Shown here: piece after piece, positions 38,761 to 47,739 of the stretch
Numbering within the stretch: the first letter of the stretch is position 1
Layout of the letters: every line of letters starts with the position of its first letter
Origin: Pseudomonadota bacterium
GTDB taxonomy: Bacteria; Pseudomonadota; Gammaproteobacteria; Pseudomonadales; Balneatricaceae
Direction: 5' to 3'
Length of the DNA: 64,000 nucleotides
Assembly (NCBI GenBank): GCA_034189745.1
Contig: JAXHUI010000003.1
Coordinates: forward strand, 15,048-79,047
Notes under the pieces: model-generated
What the model was told of the DNA's origin: nothing
What the model saw: only the letters and a program-made list of their open reading frames with translations
The model's database searches: none
Program-made: the position numbers and the translations under genes

Positions 38761-39819
38761 TCAACCCGCTCGGCGCAGCAGCCAGCCACCGGCCAACATA
38801 CAGAGCAGCACCGGCAGCAACACCGCAATAAAGGGGGGGAAACCAAACACGGTACTGGCCGGGCCGAGCAGATCTTGCGCAAACTTGAACAGCATCCCGA
38901 ACACGACCCCGGCCACCACCCGCTGGCCGGCGGTCACACTGCGCAGGGGGCCAAAGATGAAGGAAACACCGATCAGCACCAGCGCCAAAATCGCCAACGG
39001 CTGGAGCAGCTTGGTCCAGAACGCCAGCAGGTAGGGGTCCGCGCTGACCCCCTGAGCCTGCAGATAGCGCGCATAGGACCAGAGGCCGCTGATCGGCAGA
39101 TCCACCGGCTCGACCACGATCACCGACAGCAGCTCCGGCGTCAGCCCGCTCTGCCAAGACTCCTGGGGGTGGCGGGACGCCCGGGTTCCCGCCGGGGTGA
39201 AATCGGTCCGGCTGATATCCTGCAACTGCCAGCGCCCGGCGTGGTAGCGCCCGATGCGAGCATGGCTCGCCGCGACCAGCTGGCGCGACTCATCAAACCG
39301 ATAGCGGGTGACACCGTGGATCACCCCGCCCGGCTCCACCGCGTTGATATGGATGAAGAGGCGGCCTTCACGGTGCCAGATGCCGTAACGGGAGCTCAGC
39401 GCCCCGCCACCGGCCTGCGCCAGCGCCTTCAGGCTCTGGGCCCGCTGCTCGGTATAGGGGGCGATGAACTGCCCCAAAAACAGCGCCAACAGCGCCAATA
39501 CCAGCACCGGCTTGAGCACCGCCACGAGGATGCGCCGCGTGGAAAACCCCGCCGCCCGCATGGCGGTGAGCTCACTGTGGTTGGCCAGCATCCCCAGCCC
39601 GATCAGACAGCCCACCAGACTGCTCAAGGGAATGAACTCATAGATCCGCCGCGGGGTGGTCAGCAGCAGATAATGGAGCAGATCGGCAAAGGTGTAGTGC
39701 TCATCGACATCATCCAGCTGATCGACCAGCGTCGATACCAGATCCAGCCCTACCACCACCAGTAGCACCGCCAGAATGGCAGCCAAGACCTGGCGGGCGA
39801 TATACCTCTCGAGCTTCAT
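38761..39819 (-). CDS. lptG: LPS export permease LptG
   Basis: MKLERYI, ELTAMRAAG, FGPLRS; follows lptF. Confidence 0.93.
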   Translation of the reverse strand: MKLERYIARQVLAAILAVLLVVVGLDLVSTLVDQLDDVDEHYTFADLLHYLLLTTPRRIYEFIPLSSLVGCLIGLGMLANHSELTAMRAAGFSTRRILVAVLKPVLVLALLALFLGQFIAPYTEQRAQSLKALAQAGGGALSSRYGIWHREGRLFIHINAVEPGGVIHGVTRYRFDESRQLVAASHARIGRYHAGRWQLQDISRTDFTPAGTRASRHPQESWQSGLTPELLSVIVVEPVDLPISGLWSYARYLQAQGVSADPYLLAFWTKLLQPLAILALVLIGVSFIFGPLRSVTAGQRVVAGVVFGMLFKFAQDLLGPASTVFGFPPFIAVLLPVLLCMLAGGWLLRRAG

Positions 39820-40937
39820 CACGCCCGCCTCCTCCAACCGAAATGGGGCAGATGCTTGCGGATCCGATTGATCTGCTCACCCCAGAACTGCTCCGCCAGA
39901 ATCAGATTGGCCGCCAGCAGCAGGAACGCCCCATGCACCAGCCACAGCAGCCACACGCCGATCTCTCCTTCCTCCGCGGCTGAACGCGCCGTGGTCAGTA
40001 ATGAGATGTAGAGTAGATAGAGCACGATGGAGGGGATCAGTTTGGCGAAGCGCCCCTGACGCGGGTTGGTCCGGCTCATCGGCACCGCAAGCAGGGTGAC
40101 GATGAAGGCCAGCACCGGCAGGCAGAGACGCCAGTGCAGCCGGGCCCGCTCGCGCGGCTGCCGGCTCTCCAGCAGCGCCCGGGTGGGGCGGGCATCCAGC
40201 TCCGTCACCTCCCGCACCAGTTTTGTCTCGGGCAGGCTGATGCCGTACTGCTGATAGGCGGTGCGGGTGTACTCGGCCGCACCGGGCACGCCATCAAAAC
40301 GGTACCCCTGTTTCAGCACCAGAAAGCGGCCACCATAATCCGGCAAGATGACGCGCTCCGCCTGCTCCGCCAACAGCACCACCGGCTCGCCTTTCTCATT
40401 GCGCTGGGCGATGAACACCTCGCGCAACTGCCCGCTTGCGTCATCGAACGACTCCGCGTAGGTGACCTGGCGACCGCCCGTCTGGGATTGAAACCGCCCC
40501 GGAGTCAGCAGCTCCAGCTCGCTTTTGGACTCCTGCATACTGAAGATCTCCTCCGCCTTGGTGGCACCCAGAGGGGCAAGCCAAAGGGTCGTGATCGCCA
40601 CCAGCAGCGCCACCAGCGCGGCCGGCCCCATGGCATAGAGCACCAGCCTTCTTTGACTGATCCCACAGGCTTTCAGCACCACCATTTCGCTATCGATATA
40701 GAGCCGCCCAAACGCGAGCAGAACACCGAGAAACAGCCCCAACGGCAGCAGCAGCTCGAGAAAACCGGGGATACGCCACAGCAAAACCCAAAACACGAAG
40801 GCCCCATCGAGCCTGCCGGCCGCCGCCTCGGTGAGGTACTTGATCAGGCGCGCGCTGGTGGTAATCAGCAGCAGCAAAGAGGTTACCGCCAGAGTCGAAA
40901 GCAACGCCTCGCGGGCGAGGTAACGGAAGATGATCAA
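39819..40937 (-). CDS. lptF: LPS export permease LptF
   Basis: IIFRYL, RLYIDSEMVVLKACG, NPRQGRFAKL; divergent from pepA. Confidence 0.93.
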   Translation of the reverse strand: MIIFRYLAREALLSTLAVTSLLLLITTSARLIKYLTEAAAGRLDGAFVFWVLLWRIPGFLELLLPLGLFLGVLLAFGRLYIDSEMVVLKACGISQRRLVLYAMGPAALVALLVAITTLWLAPLGATKAEEIFSMQESKSELELLTPGRFQSQTGGRQVTYAESFDDASGQLREVFIAQRNEKGEPVVLLAEQAERVILPDYGGRFLVLKQGYRFDGVPGAAEYTRTAYQQYGISLPETKLVREVTELDARPTRALLESRQPRERARLHWRLCLPVLAFIVTLLAVPMSRTNPRQGRFAKLIPSIVLYLLYISLLTTARSAAEEGEIGVWLLWLVHGAFLLLAANLILAEQFWGEQINRIRKHLPHFGWRRRA

Positions 40938-41127
40938 AATGGATTCCCTTTCACCGTCATGGTTTCCAATCGGAGAAATGGTTTATAGTGCTCGCAGGAA
41001 CCGGCTATCCAAACGCCGCGCACCGCTTCGTTCGCCACCGTAGCGGTGCCAACACCGGGGCTGCCTGATAGCATACGGGCCCCGCATTATCACCCAATCA
41101 GTCTGCAATGTCTTGTATGGAGTCAGC

Positions 41128-42648
41128 ATGGATTTTGAGATTATCAGTGGCAGTGTCGAAACACTGGCAGCCGAATGTATCGTCGTCGCGCTGGAAGCCG
41201 AGGGCAAACTCTGCCCCTCCGCCCGGGCGATCGACCTGGCCTGCGATGGCTATCTGAGCGCGCTGGTCGACAGCGGCGACATCCGTGGCAAGACCGGGGA
41301 GCAGCTGTTGCTGTTCAAGCTGCCCGGCATCGAGGCGCGGCGGGTTTTGCTGGTGGGGTTGGGTAAGCCGGACGAGCGCAAGGACCGCCACTACCGCAAG
41401 TTGATCAAGGGGATCGCCACCACGCTGAAAAAATCGGCGATCCGCTCGGTGCTGTTCGCCCTCGATGGCTGCGCCAGCGAGCAGGAGGACCCCTACCGCG
41501 AAACCCGGCAGCTGGTGGAGTGGATCTCGGCCGAGTTCTATCAATACGATGTGACCAAGAGCAAGAAGGCCGATCCGATCTCACTGGAACAGGTGATGAT
41601 CCGGCTCGATGAGGATGAGGTGGAGTTGGGCGAGGGGGCCCTGCTCGATGGGGTGGCGATCGCCAACGGCGTCGACACGGCGCGGGAGGTGGGCAACCTG
41701 CCGGGGAACATCTGCACGCCGCTCTATCTGGTCGAGCGGGCGCAGGCGCTGACCGAGGCGTTCGATCAGCTGCGGGTCAATGTGCTGGAGGAGGCGCAGA
41801 TGGCCGAGTTGGGCATGAACGCGCTGCTGGCCGTGGGCAAGGGCAGTGCCCAGCCGGCGCGGCTGATCGTGCTCGAATACCGCGGCGGCGCGGCCAATGA
41901 GAAGCCCCACGTGCTGGTTGGTAAGGGGATCACCTTCGATAGCGGCGGCATCAGCCTGAAGCCCGGCGCCCAGATGGATGAGATGAAGTTCGATATGTGC
42001 GGTGCCGCCAGCGTGCTGGGTACGCTGGAGGCGGTTGCCGAACTGCAATTGCCGCTCAATGTGGTCGGGATCATTGCCGCCGCCGAAAACATGCCGGGCA
42101 GCCAGGCGATCAAGCCGGGGGATATCGTCACGACGATGTCGGGGCAGACCGTCGAGATTCTCAACACCGATGCCGAGGGCCGTCTGGTACTGTGTGACGC
42201 CCTGACCTACGCCGCACGTTTCGAGCCCCAGTCCGTGGTCGACATCGCCACTCTGACCGGGGCCTGCATCATCGCCCTGGGGCATCAGGCCAGCGGCGTG
42301 CTGGCCAACAACCAGGAGCTGGCCAGCGCGCTGCTGGAGGCGGGGGAGTATGCCGCTGACCGTGGCTGGCCGCTGCCGCTGTGGGATGAGTTTCAGGAGC
42401 AGCTGGACTCCAACTTCGCCGACATGGCCAACGTCGGTGGCCGCCCGGCTGGCACCATCACCGCCGCCTGCTTCCTCTCCCGCTTTACCAAAGAGTACAG
42501 GTGGGCCCATCTGGATATCGCCGGGGTTGCCTGGAACAGCCACGGCAAGGAGAAGGGCGCCACCGGTCGCTGCGTGCCGATGCTGTGTCAGTATCTGCTC
42601 GATCTGGCGGAACAGGTCGAGCCGGACGGCCACGACCACGGGGAGTGA
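41128..42648 (+). CDS. pepA: Leucyl aminopeptidase (M17)
   Basis: GKGITFDSGG, MKFDMCG, NTDAEGRL, DIATLTGA, HLDIAG. Confidence 0.96.
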   Translation: MDFEIISGSVETLAAECIVVALEAEGKLCPSARAIDLACDGYLSALVDSGDIRGKTGEQLLLFKLPGIEARRVLLVGLGKPDERKDRHYRKLIKGIATTLKKSAIRSVLFALDGCASEQEDPYRETRQLVEWISAEFYQYDVTKSKKADPISLEQVMIRLDEDEVELGEGALLDGVAIANGVDTAREVGNLPGNICTPLYLVERAQALTEAFDQLRVNVLEEAQMAELGMNALLAVGKGSAQPARLIVLEYRGGAANEKPHVLVGKGITFDSGGISLKPGAQMDEMKFDMCGAASVLGTLEAVAELQLPLNVVGIIAAAENMPGSQAIKPGDIVTTMSGQTVEILNTDAEGRLVLCDALTYAARFEPQSVVDIATLTGACIIALGHQASGVLANNQELASALLEAGEYAADRGWPLPLWDEFQEQLDSNFADMANVGGRPAGTITAACFLSRFTKEYRWAHLDIAGVAWNSHGKEKGATGRCVPMLCQYLLDLAEQVEPDGHDHGE

Positions 42649-42650
42649 GC

Positions 42651-43082
42651 GTGGCCCGCGCGGACTATTATATTCTGCCCGACAGCGAGCCCGGGAGCCG
42701 GGCGGCCTTTCTCTGCCGCCTGTGCGAAAAGATCCTCGGGCTTGGCATGGCGGTGTTCATCAGCACCGCCGATGAGATGGCGGCACGACAGCTGGATCAG
42801 CAGCTGTGGAGCGCACGCGCGCAGAGTTTTCTCCCCCATGGGCTACTGGGCGGGGAGCCCGCCGCGCCGATCGAGATCGGCTGGGGTGAGCAGCTGCCGG
42901 ACCACCGCGAGGTGTTCGTCAACCTCTCCGCCCGGCTGCCCGAGGCCGCCTTCCAATTCGAGCGCATCGTCGAGGTGGTGATCCAAACCCCGCAGGTGCT
43001 GGCGGCGACGCGGGAGAACTACGCCCGCTGTCGTGAGCGGGGGGTGGAGCTGCACCGCACCGACCTGCGCCGCCGGGGCTGA
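42651..43082 (+). CDS. holC: DNA polymerase III subunit chi
   Basis: ADYYIL, LDQQLWS..SFLPH; pepA-holC order. Confidence 0.88.
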   Translation: MARADYYILPDSEPGSRAAFLCRLCEKILGLGMAVFISTADEMAARQLDQQLWSARAQSFLPHGLLGGEPAAPIEIGWGEQLPDHREVFVNLSARLPEAAFQFERIVEVVIQTPQVLAATRENYARCRERGVELHRTDLRRRG

Positions 43083-43087
43083 ACGGA

Positions 43088-43954
43088 TCAAAACCGCTTC
43101 TGGTAGCGGTGGCAGTAGGGGGTCTTGCCCGTGCGCGCGTAGTAGTCCTGATGGTACGCCTCCGCTCGCCAGAACGGCGCCAGCGGCAGCACCCGGGTGA
43201 CCACGTCGTAACCCCGTTTTCGCAGCGCCGCGATCAGCCGCTCGCTGATCGCCCGCTCCTCCTCATCCTGGACGAAGATCGCCGAGCGGTACTGGGGGCC
43301 GATGTCGGGCCCCTGACCATCGGCCTGGGTGGGATCGTGAATTTCGAAAAACAGTTTTGCCAGTGCCTCAAAGCTCACCCGGGCCGGATCGTAGAGCACC
43401 TCGACGGTTTCCAGATGGCCGCTGCGCTGGCTGCACACCTGCTCATAGCTGGGGTTCTCCAGCTGACCGCCCATATAGCCGGAGACCACCGCGACCACGC
43501 CGGGCTGCTGCTGCAGCAGATGCTCCACACCCCAGAAACAGCCACCGGCAAAGTAGGCTTTTTTGAGTGAGCGCCCCTGCCGCTGCGCCCACTCCTGCGC
43601 GCTGATGAACTGCATCGAGAGGGAGTTCACGCAGTGGCGCACATTCCTGGGGGTCAACCCCTCCCCCTCGAACAGATGGCCAAGATGACCGCCACAGTTG
43701 GCGCAGGTGATCTCGGTGCGCTGCCCGTCGGCATCGGGCTGGCGGCGGATCGCCCCCTCGATCTGGTCATCGAAGCTGGGCCAGCCGCAATGGGAGGGAA
43801 ACTTGTGCTCGGAGCGGTACAGCGGCGCGCCACACTGGCGACACACATAAACACCGCTCTCGAACAACTCATTGTACTCACCGCTGAAGGGGGGCTCGGT
43901 CCCCTTGTGCAAAATGACGTATTCCTCTTCCGCTGTCAGTTTCTTGTAGGACAT
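43088..43954 (-). CDS. msrAB: Bifunctional methionine sulfoxide reductase, MsrB-MsrA fusion
   Basis: GTEPPFSG, CGWPSF, RHCVNS (MsrB); FAGGCFWG, EAYHQDY, YCH (MsrA). Confidence 0.93.
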   Translation of the reverse strand: MSYKKLTAEEEYVILHKGTEPPFSGEYNELFESGVYVCRQCGAPLYRSEHKFPSHCGWPSFDDQIEGAIRRQPDADGQRTEITCANCGGHLGHLFEGEGLTPRNVRHCVNSLSMQFISAQEWAQRQGRSLKKAYFAGGCFWGVEHLLQQQPGVVAVVSGYMGGQLENPSYEQVCSQRSGHLETVEVLYDPARVSFEALAKLFFEIHDPTQADGQGPDIGPQYRSAIFVQDEEERAISERLIAALRKRGYDVVTRVLPLAPFWRAEAYHQDYYARTGKTPYCHRYQKRF

Positions 43955-43979
43955 GCTTCACCTCTGGGCTGGATTCGTT

Positions 43980-44606
43980 TTATGCGGACGGCTCACCGGT
44001 GGCGGTGTTTCCCGCCGCGGTTTCCAGTAGCCACGCACGGATCTGGTCGACCATGTCGGCACTCAGACGGGAGAAAGCCGCCACCACGTCGGGTAGCTCG
44101 CCGCTGTCCGCCTGCCGGCGCAGATCGACCGATCGCTCGGCCAGAACGCGGCGGCTTTCGGCATCCACCAGCTGCAGATAGCCACGGATCACCACCTGGG
44201 GCTCTCTCTGCTGATATTCAACCTGAAAGGCATCCAGCCGGCTCACCAGCAGTTTGTCGGCCGCCAGGCGCACCTCATCACCGCTGATCCGACTGAAGCG
44301 GCTGTCCCGCTGCAGGGCCGAGAGTAGATGATCCCGCCACAGACGGGGGATGGCACTGCTCCAGCGCGCCCCGGCGTAGACCCCGGGGGGCTGCCCCTCC
44401 GGCACCACCAGGATGAAGCGGCCGGCGAGCAGATCCGGCACCTGCGGCGTAAGCACCCGCACGCCATCAACCCGAACCGGTTGGCCCGTCACGGCGGGAA
44501 CCGGTTCCAGTGTCCAGCTCTGCGTCGGCTCGCTCGAGGGCAGCCAACCGCAACCGCCCAGCACCGACAGCAACACAATCATCGTACCCAGCCTACGCTT
44601 CATCAT
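43980..44606 (-). CDS. ABC transport auxiliary lipoprotein (PqiC-like)
   Basis: Lipobox LGGC; last gene of the MCE operon. Confidence 0.75.
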   Translation of the reverse strand: MMKRRLGTMIVLLSVLGGCGWLPSSEPTQSWTLEPVPAVTGQPVRVDGVRVLTPQVPDLLAGRFILVVPEGQPPGVYAGARWSSAIPRLWRDHLLSALQRDSRFSRISGDEVRLAADKLLVSRLDAFQVEYQQREPQVVIRGYLQLVDAESRRVLAERSVDLRRQADSGELPDVVAAFSRLSADMVDQIRAWLLETAAGNTATGEPSA

Positions 44607-44616
44607 GGCGCCTCGT

Positions 44617-45555
44617 TCAGGGGGTGAATTCAGGGGCGGGTGGCCGCCCGGTCAGGTAGGCCGCCGGATCTTCCTCCAACCGCGACAGAATTCGGTTCAG
44701 GGTTCCCACAGTGCGCTGTAGATCCCGCATCACCGGCCCGATTTCAGCCACTCCCGCCAGGCCGCTATCCAGCGCCGCGGCGTTGTCTCCCAGCAGACGT
44801 TCGAGCTGCGCGCTGCTTTGCGCCAGGGAGCGCATCGCCCGTCGACCATCGGCGAGCATGGGGGCGCCCTCCTCCTGCAGCAACCGGTCGGCGCGTTGGG
44901 TCAATGCGGTCGCCGCCTGCAATGCCGCCTGGGCCTCTTGGGCGGTGGCGATCAGAGACTCCAGCGTCTGCCCCACCCCGGTGCGCGACCTGGCCAGCTC
45001 CGCCGAGAGCTGCTCCAGGTTGTGGATGCTCCGACTCACACGTTCGATGTTCTGCGGTGAGAGCAACCGCACCCCCTGATCGACCAGCTCATTGACCCCC
45101 GCCAACAGGGCTTCGCCATTCCCCAGCAGGGCACCGATCGGCGACGGTTCGGCCTGGATGATCGGTGGCCCCTGGTCCGGCTGGCTCAGCGGCGGCGCCC
45201 CCGGATCATCGGTACTGAGCATGATATTGGTGGAGCCGGTGATGTTGGCGATCGCCATGCGGGCGCGGGTGGCCTGATTGATCGGGGTGGAGGCGCTGAT
45301 CTCCATATCGGCCAGCACCCGGCGCGGGTCATTCGGGTCCAGCAGCAGCTGTTTGACCTCCCCCACCCGCAAGCCGTTGTAGAGTACCACGCTGCCCTGC
45401 GCCAACCCGGTCACCGCTTCATTGAATACCACCCGGTAGCGCCGGGTTTCCTGCTGGTGTCCGGACTTTACCAGCCAGATGCCAAACGCGAGCGCCGCCA
45501 GCAGCATCCCCAGGGTAAAAAATCCGATCAGCACATGGTGTGCGCGTGTTTCCAT
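44617..45555 (-). CDS. MCE/MlaD-family protein with helical extension
   Basis: METRAHHVLIG, VTGLAQGSVVLYNGLRVGEV. Confidence 0.88.
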   Translation of the reverse strand: METRAHHVLIGFFTLGMLLAALAFGIWLVKSGHQQETRRYRVVFNEAVTGLAQGSVVLYNGLRVGEVKQLLLDPNDPRRVLADMEISASTPINQATRARMAIANITGSTNIMLSTDDPGAPPLSQPDQGPPIIQAEPSPIGALLGNGEALLAGVNELVDQGVRLLSPQNIERVSRSIHNLEQLSAELARSRTGVGQTLESLIATAQEAQAALQAATALTQRADRLLQEEGAPMLADGRRAMRSLAQSSAQLERLLGDNAAALDSGLAGVAEIGPVMRDLQRTVGTLNRILSRLEEDPAAYLTGRPPAPEFTP

Positions 45556-45557
45556 CT

Positions 45558-46352
45558 TCAGGTCTCCCTTGCCGCCGTATGGGCGGCACGGCCCCGCGGG
45601 CCATTGAAATAGGCCTGTACCCACTCATCCTCATGCTGTGCCACCCGCTCCGGGGTGTCGGCCACCAGCACCCGTTTTTGCGACAGCACCGCGATGCGAT
45701 CACACACCGTCCAGAGTGAGTCCAGATCGTGGGTTACCATGAACACCGCAACCCTCAGCGCGTTGCGCAGCGTCAACAGCAACTGATCAAAGTCGGCGGC
45801 ACCGATGGGATCGAGCCCCGCGGTGGGCTCGTCCAGAAACAGGACATCCGGGTCCAGCGCCAGCGCCCGCGCCAGGGCGGCGCGTTTGACCATCCCCCCC
45901 GAGAGCGAAGCCGGATAGAGATCGCCGGCATGGGCCGCCAGCCCGGTCAGTGCCAGTTTCATCTCCGCCAGGGCCTCGGCGTCGGCGCGCCCCAGGCCGG
46001 CGTGCTCCATCAGCGGCAGGGCGACATTCTCTCGCACGGTCAGGGAGCTGAACAGTGCCCCGCCCTGAAACAGCACCCCCAGCCGCTGCTCCAGCTGCGA
46101 GCGTTTGCGCCCGGAGAGCGCCAGCAGATTCTCGCCAAACAACCGCACCTCACCGCCGCTGGGCCGGTTGAGCCCAACGATGGAGCGCAGCAGCACCGAC
46201 TTGCCGCTACCGGAGCCGCCGACCACCCCCAGGATCTCACCGGGATAGAGCGCCAGATCCAGATTCTCATGCACGCTATTGCTGCCAAACCGGTTGCACA
46301 GGCCGCGCACCTCGATCAGTGCGGTTTGCTTCCCATCCGCCGCCATCACCAC
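45558..46352 (-). CDS. ABC ATPase (MlaF-like)
   Basis: GGSGSGKS, LSGGMVKR, LDEPTAGLDP, VTHDL. Confidence 0.92.
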   Translation of the reverse strand: MVMAADGKQTALIEVRGLCNRFGSNSVHENLDLALYPGEILGVVGGSGSGKSVLLRSIVGLNRPSGGEVRLFGENLLALSGRKRSQLEQRLGVLFQGGALFSSLTVRENVALPLMEHAGLGRADAEALAEMKLALTGLAAHAGDLYPASLSGGMVKRAALARALALDPDVLFLDEPTAGLDPIGAADFDQLLLTLRNALRVAVFMVTHDLDSLWTVCDRIAVLSQKRVLVADTPERVAQHEDEWVQAYFNGPRGRAAHTAARET

Positions 46353-47479
46353 CCCACCTGCATAAAGAACAGAGCGGCCACCGCATCCAGCAGTATCACC
46401 ATGAAGATCGACTGCACCACCGCCGAGGTGGTGTGCTGGCCCACCGACTCGGCGCTGCCGCTGACGTTGAACCCCTCCATGCAGCCGATCACCGCCACCA
46501 CGAAGGCAAACAGCGGCGCCTTGCCCAGCCCGACCAGGTAGTGTCGCAACGGCACATCGGCCAGAATGCGAAAAAACTGCCCCAGCGGAATATCCAGTGA
46601 CAGCAGCGCCACCAGCGCCCCGCCAGCAAGCCCCGCCATGATGGCGACGAAGGTGAGCAACGGCAAGGTGAGCACCAGCGCCAGCACCCGTGGAATCACC
46701 AGCAGCTCCATCGGATTCAGCCCCAGGGTGCGCAGCGCGTCCAGCTCCTCGTTGGCCTTCATCGAGCCGATCTGGGCGGTGAACGCACTGGCGGTGCGCC
46801 CCGCCAGCAAAATCGCGGCCAGCACCACGCCAAACTCGCGCAGAAAGGCGTAGGCCACCAGATTGACCGTGTAGATCTCGGCACCGAATTCCCCCAGCAC
46901 CGTGGCACCGAGAAAGGCCACCACGGCCCCCACCAGAAAGGTCAAAAGTGCCACGATGGGAACCGCGTTGAAACCGGTCTCCTGGATCTGGTTCACCAGC
47001 GCCGTCATCCGCCAGCGCCAGGGGCGCAGCAGCAGAGAGAACAGGGTCTGCAGCACCAGACCGATGAAGCCGCTCAACTGCAAAAAGTGGCGGTAGAGCG
47101 ACTCCACCTGCGCCCCCAGGTAGGCCAGCGCCACCAGCGCCAGCGGGGCCGCCCGCGGGGGCGGGGCAGGCTCCCGGCTGACAGCCTTTATCACCGTCTC
47201 CAGCAGCGCCCGGCGCTCGGGCGCCAGGGTTCGATCGGCAACGAGCCAGTGTTGCAGCCGCTGGGCTCCCAGCCAGTTGGCCAACAAGGTGGCGCCGGCG
47301 GTATCCAGTGCCCGAACACCATCCAGCTGCAACGTCAGCTCACCCGCCGGCACCGGCTGGTGCTCCAGGAGCCGTTTCAGTGCGCGGTAGTGGGCCAATG
47401 TCCAACTGCCACCGAGGCAGAGGCGATCCCCCTCCCGCTCCACCGTCACGGCGGTGGCGTTTTCGTTCGATCTTTGCAT
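46346..47479 (-). CDS. MlaE-family permease with an N-terminal STAS domain
   Basis: LDTAGA STAS motif; REFG, GRTASAFTAQIGSMK, ELDALRTLG. Confidence 0.88.
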   Translation of the reverse strand: MQRSNENATAVTVEREGDRLCLGGSWTLAHYRALKRLLEHQPVPAGELTLQLDGVRALDTAGATLLANWLGAQRLQHWLVADRTLAPERRALLETVIKAVSREPAPPPRAAPLALVALAYLGAQVESLYRHFLQLSGFIGLVLQTLFSLLLRPWRWRMTALVNQIQETGFNAVPIVALLTFLVGAVVAFLGATVLGEFGAEIYTVNLVAYAFLREFGVVLAAILLAGRTASAFTAQIGSMKANEELDALRTLGLNPMELLVIPRVLALVLTLPLLTFVAIMAGLAGGALVALLSLDIPLGQFFRILADVPLRHYLVGLGKAPLFAFVVAVIGCMEGFNVSGSAESVGQHTTSAVVQSIFMVILLDAVAALFFMQVGW

Positions 47480-47605
47480 CCCTGATAGCGCCCGCCCCAG
47501 ATGAGAGGGTTCATTTTCCCCTTGTACCCCCGCTGCTGCAAGAGCGAAAGGCAGGTTGCCGCTCGGCTCCCCGCCGCGCCCGTCTCCGGGGCCGCCGGAG
47601 GAGCC

Positions 47606-47635
47606 CTGTCACCGGGGAAAGGGGCGCTGTATAAT
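47606..47635 (+). promoter_or_regulatory. Candidate sigma70 promoter of valS
   Basis: CTGTCA-N18-TATAAT about 105 nt upstream of the valS ATG. Confidence 0.4.
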
Positions 47636-47739
47636 GGCCGGTTTCGATAGCGCCGAGCGATCCGCCACCACTGCCCACCCTCGAGCAGACCGGCCCGTCG
47701 GCGTCCCCGAGCGGCCAACGATTCAGAGACACGCACCCA

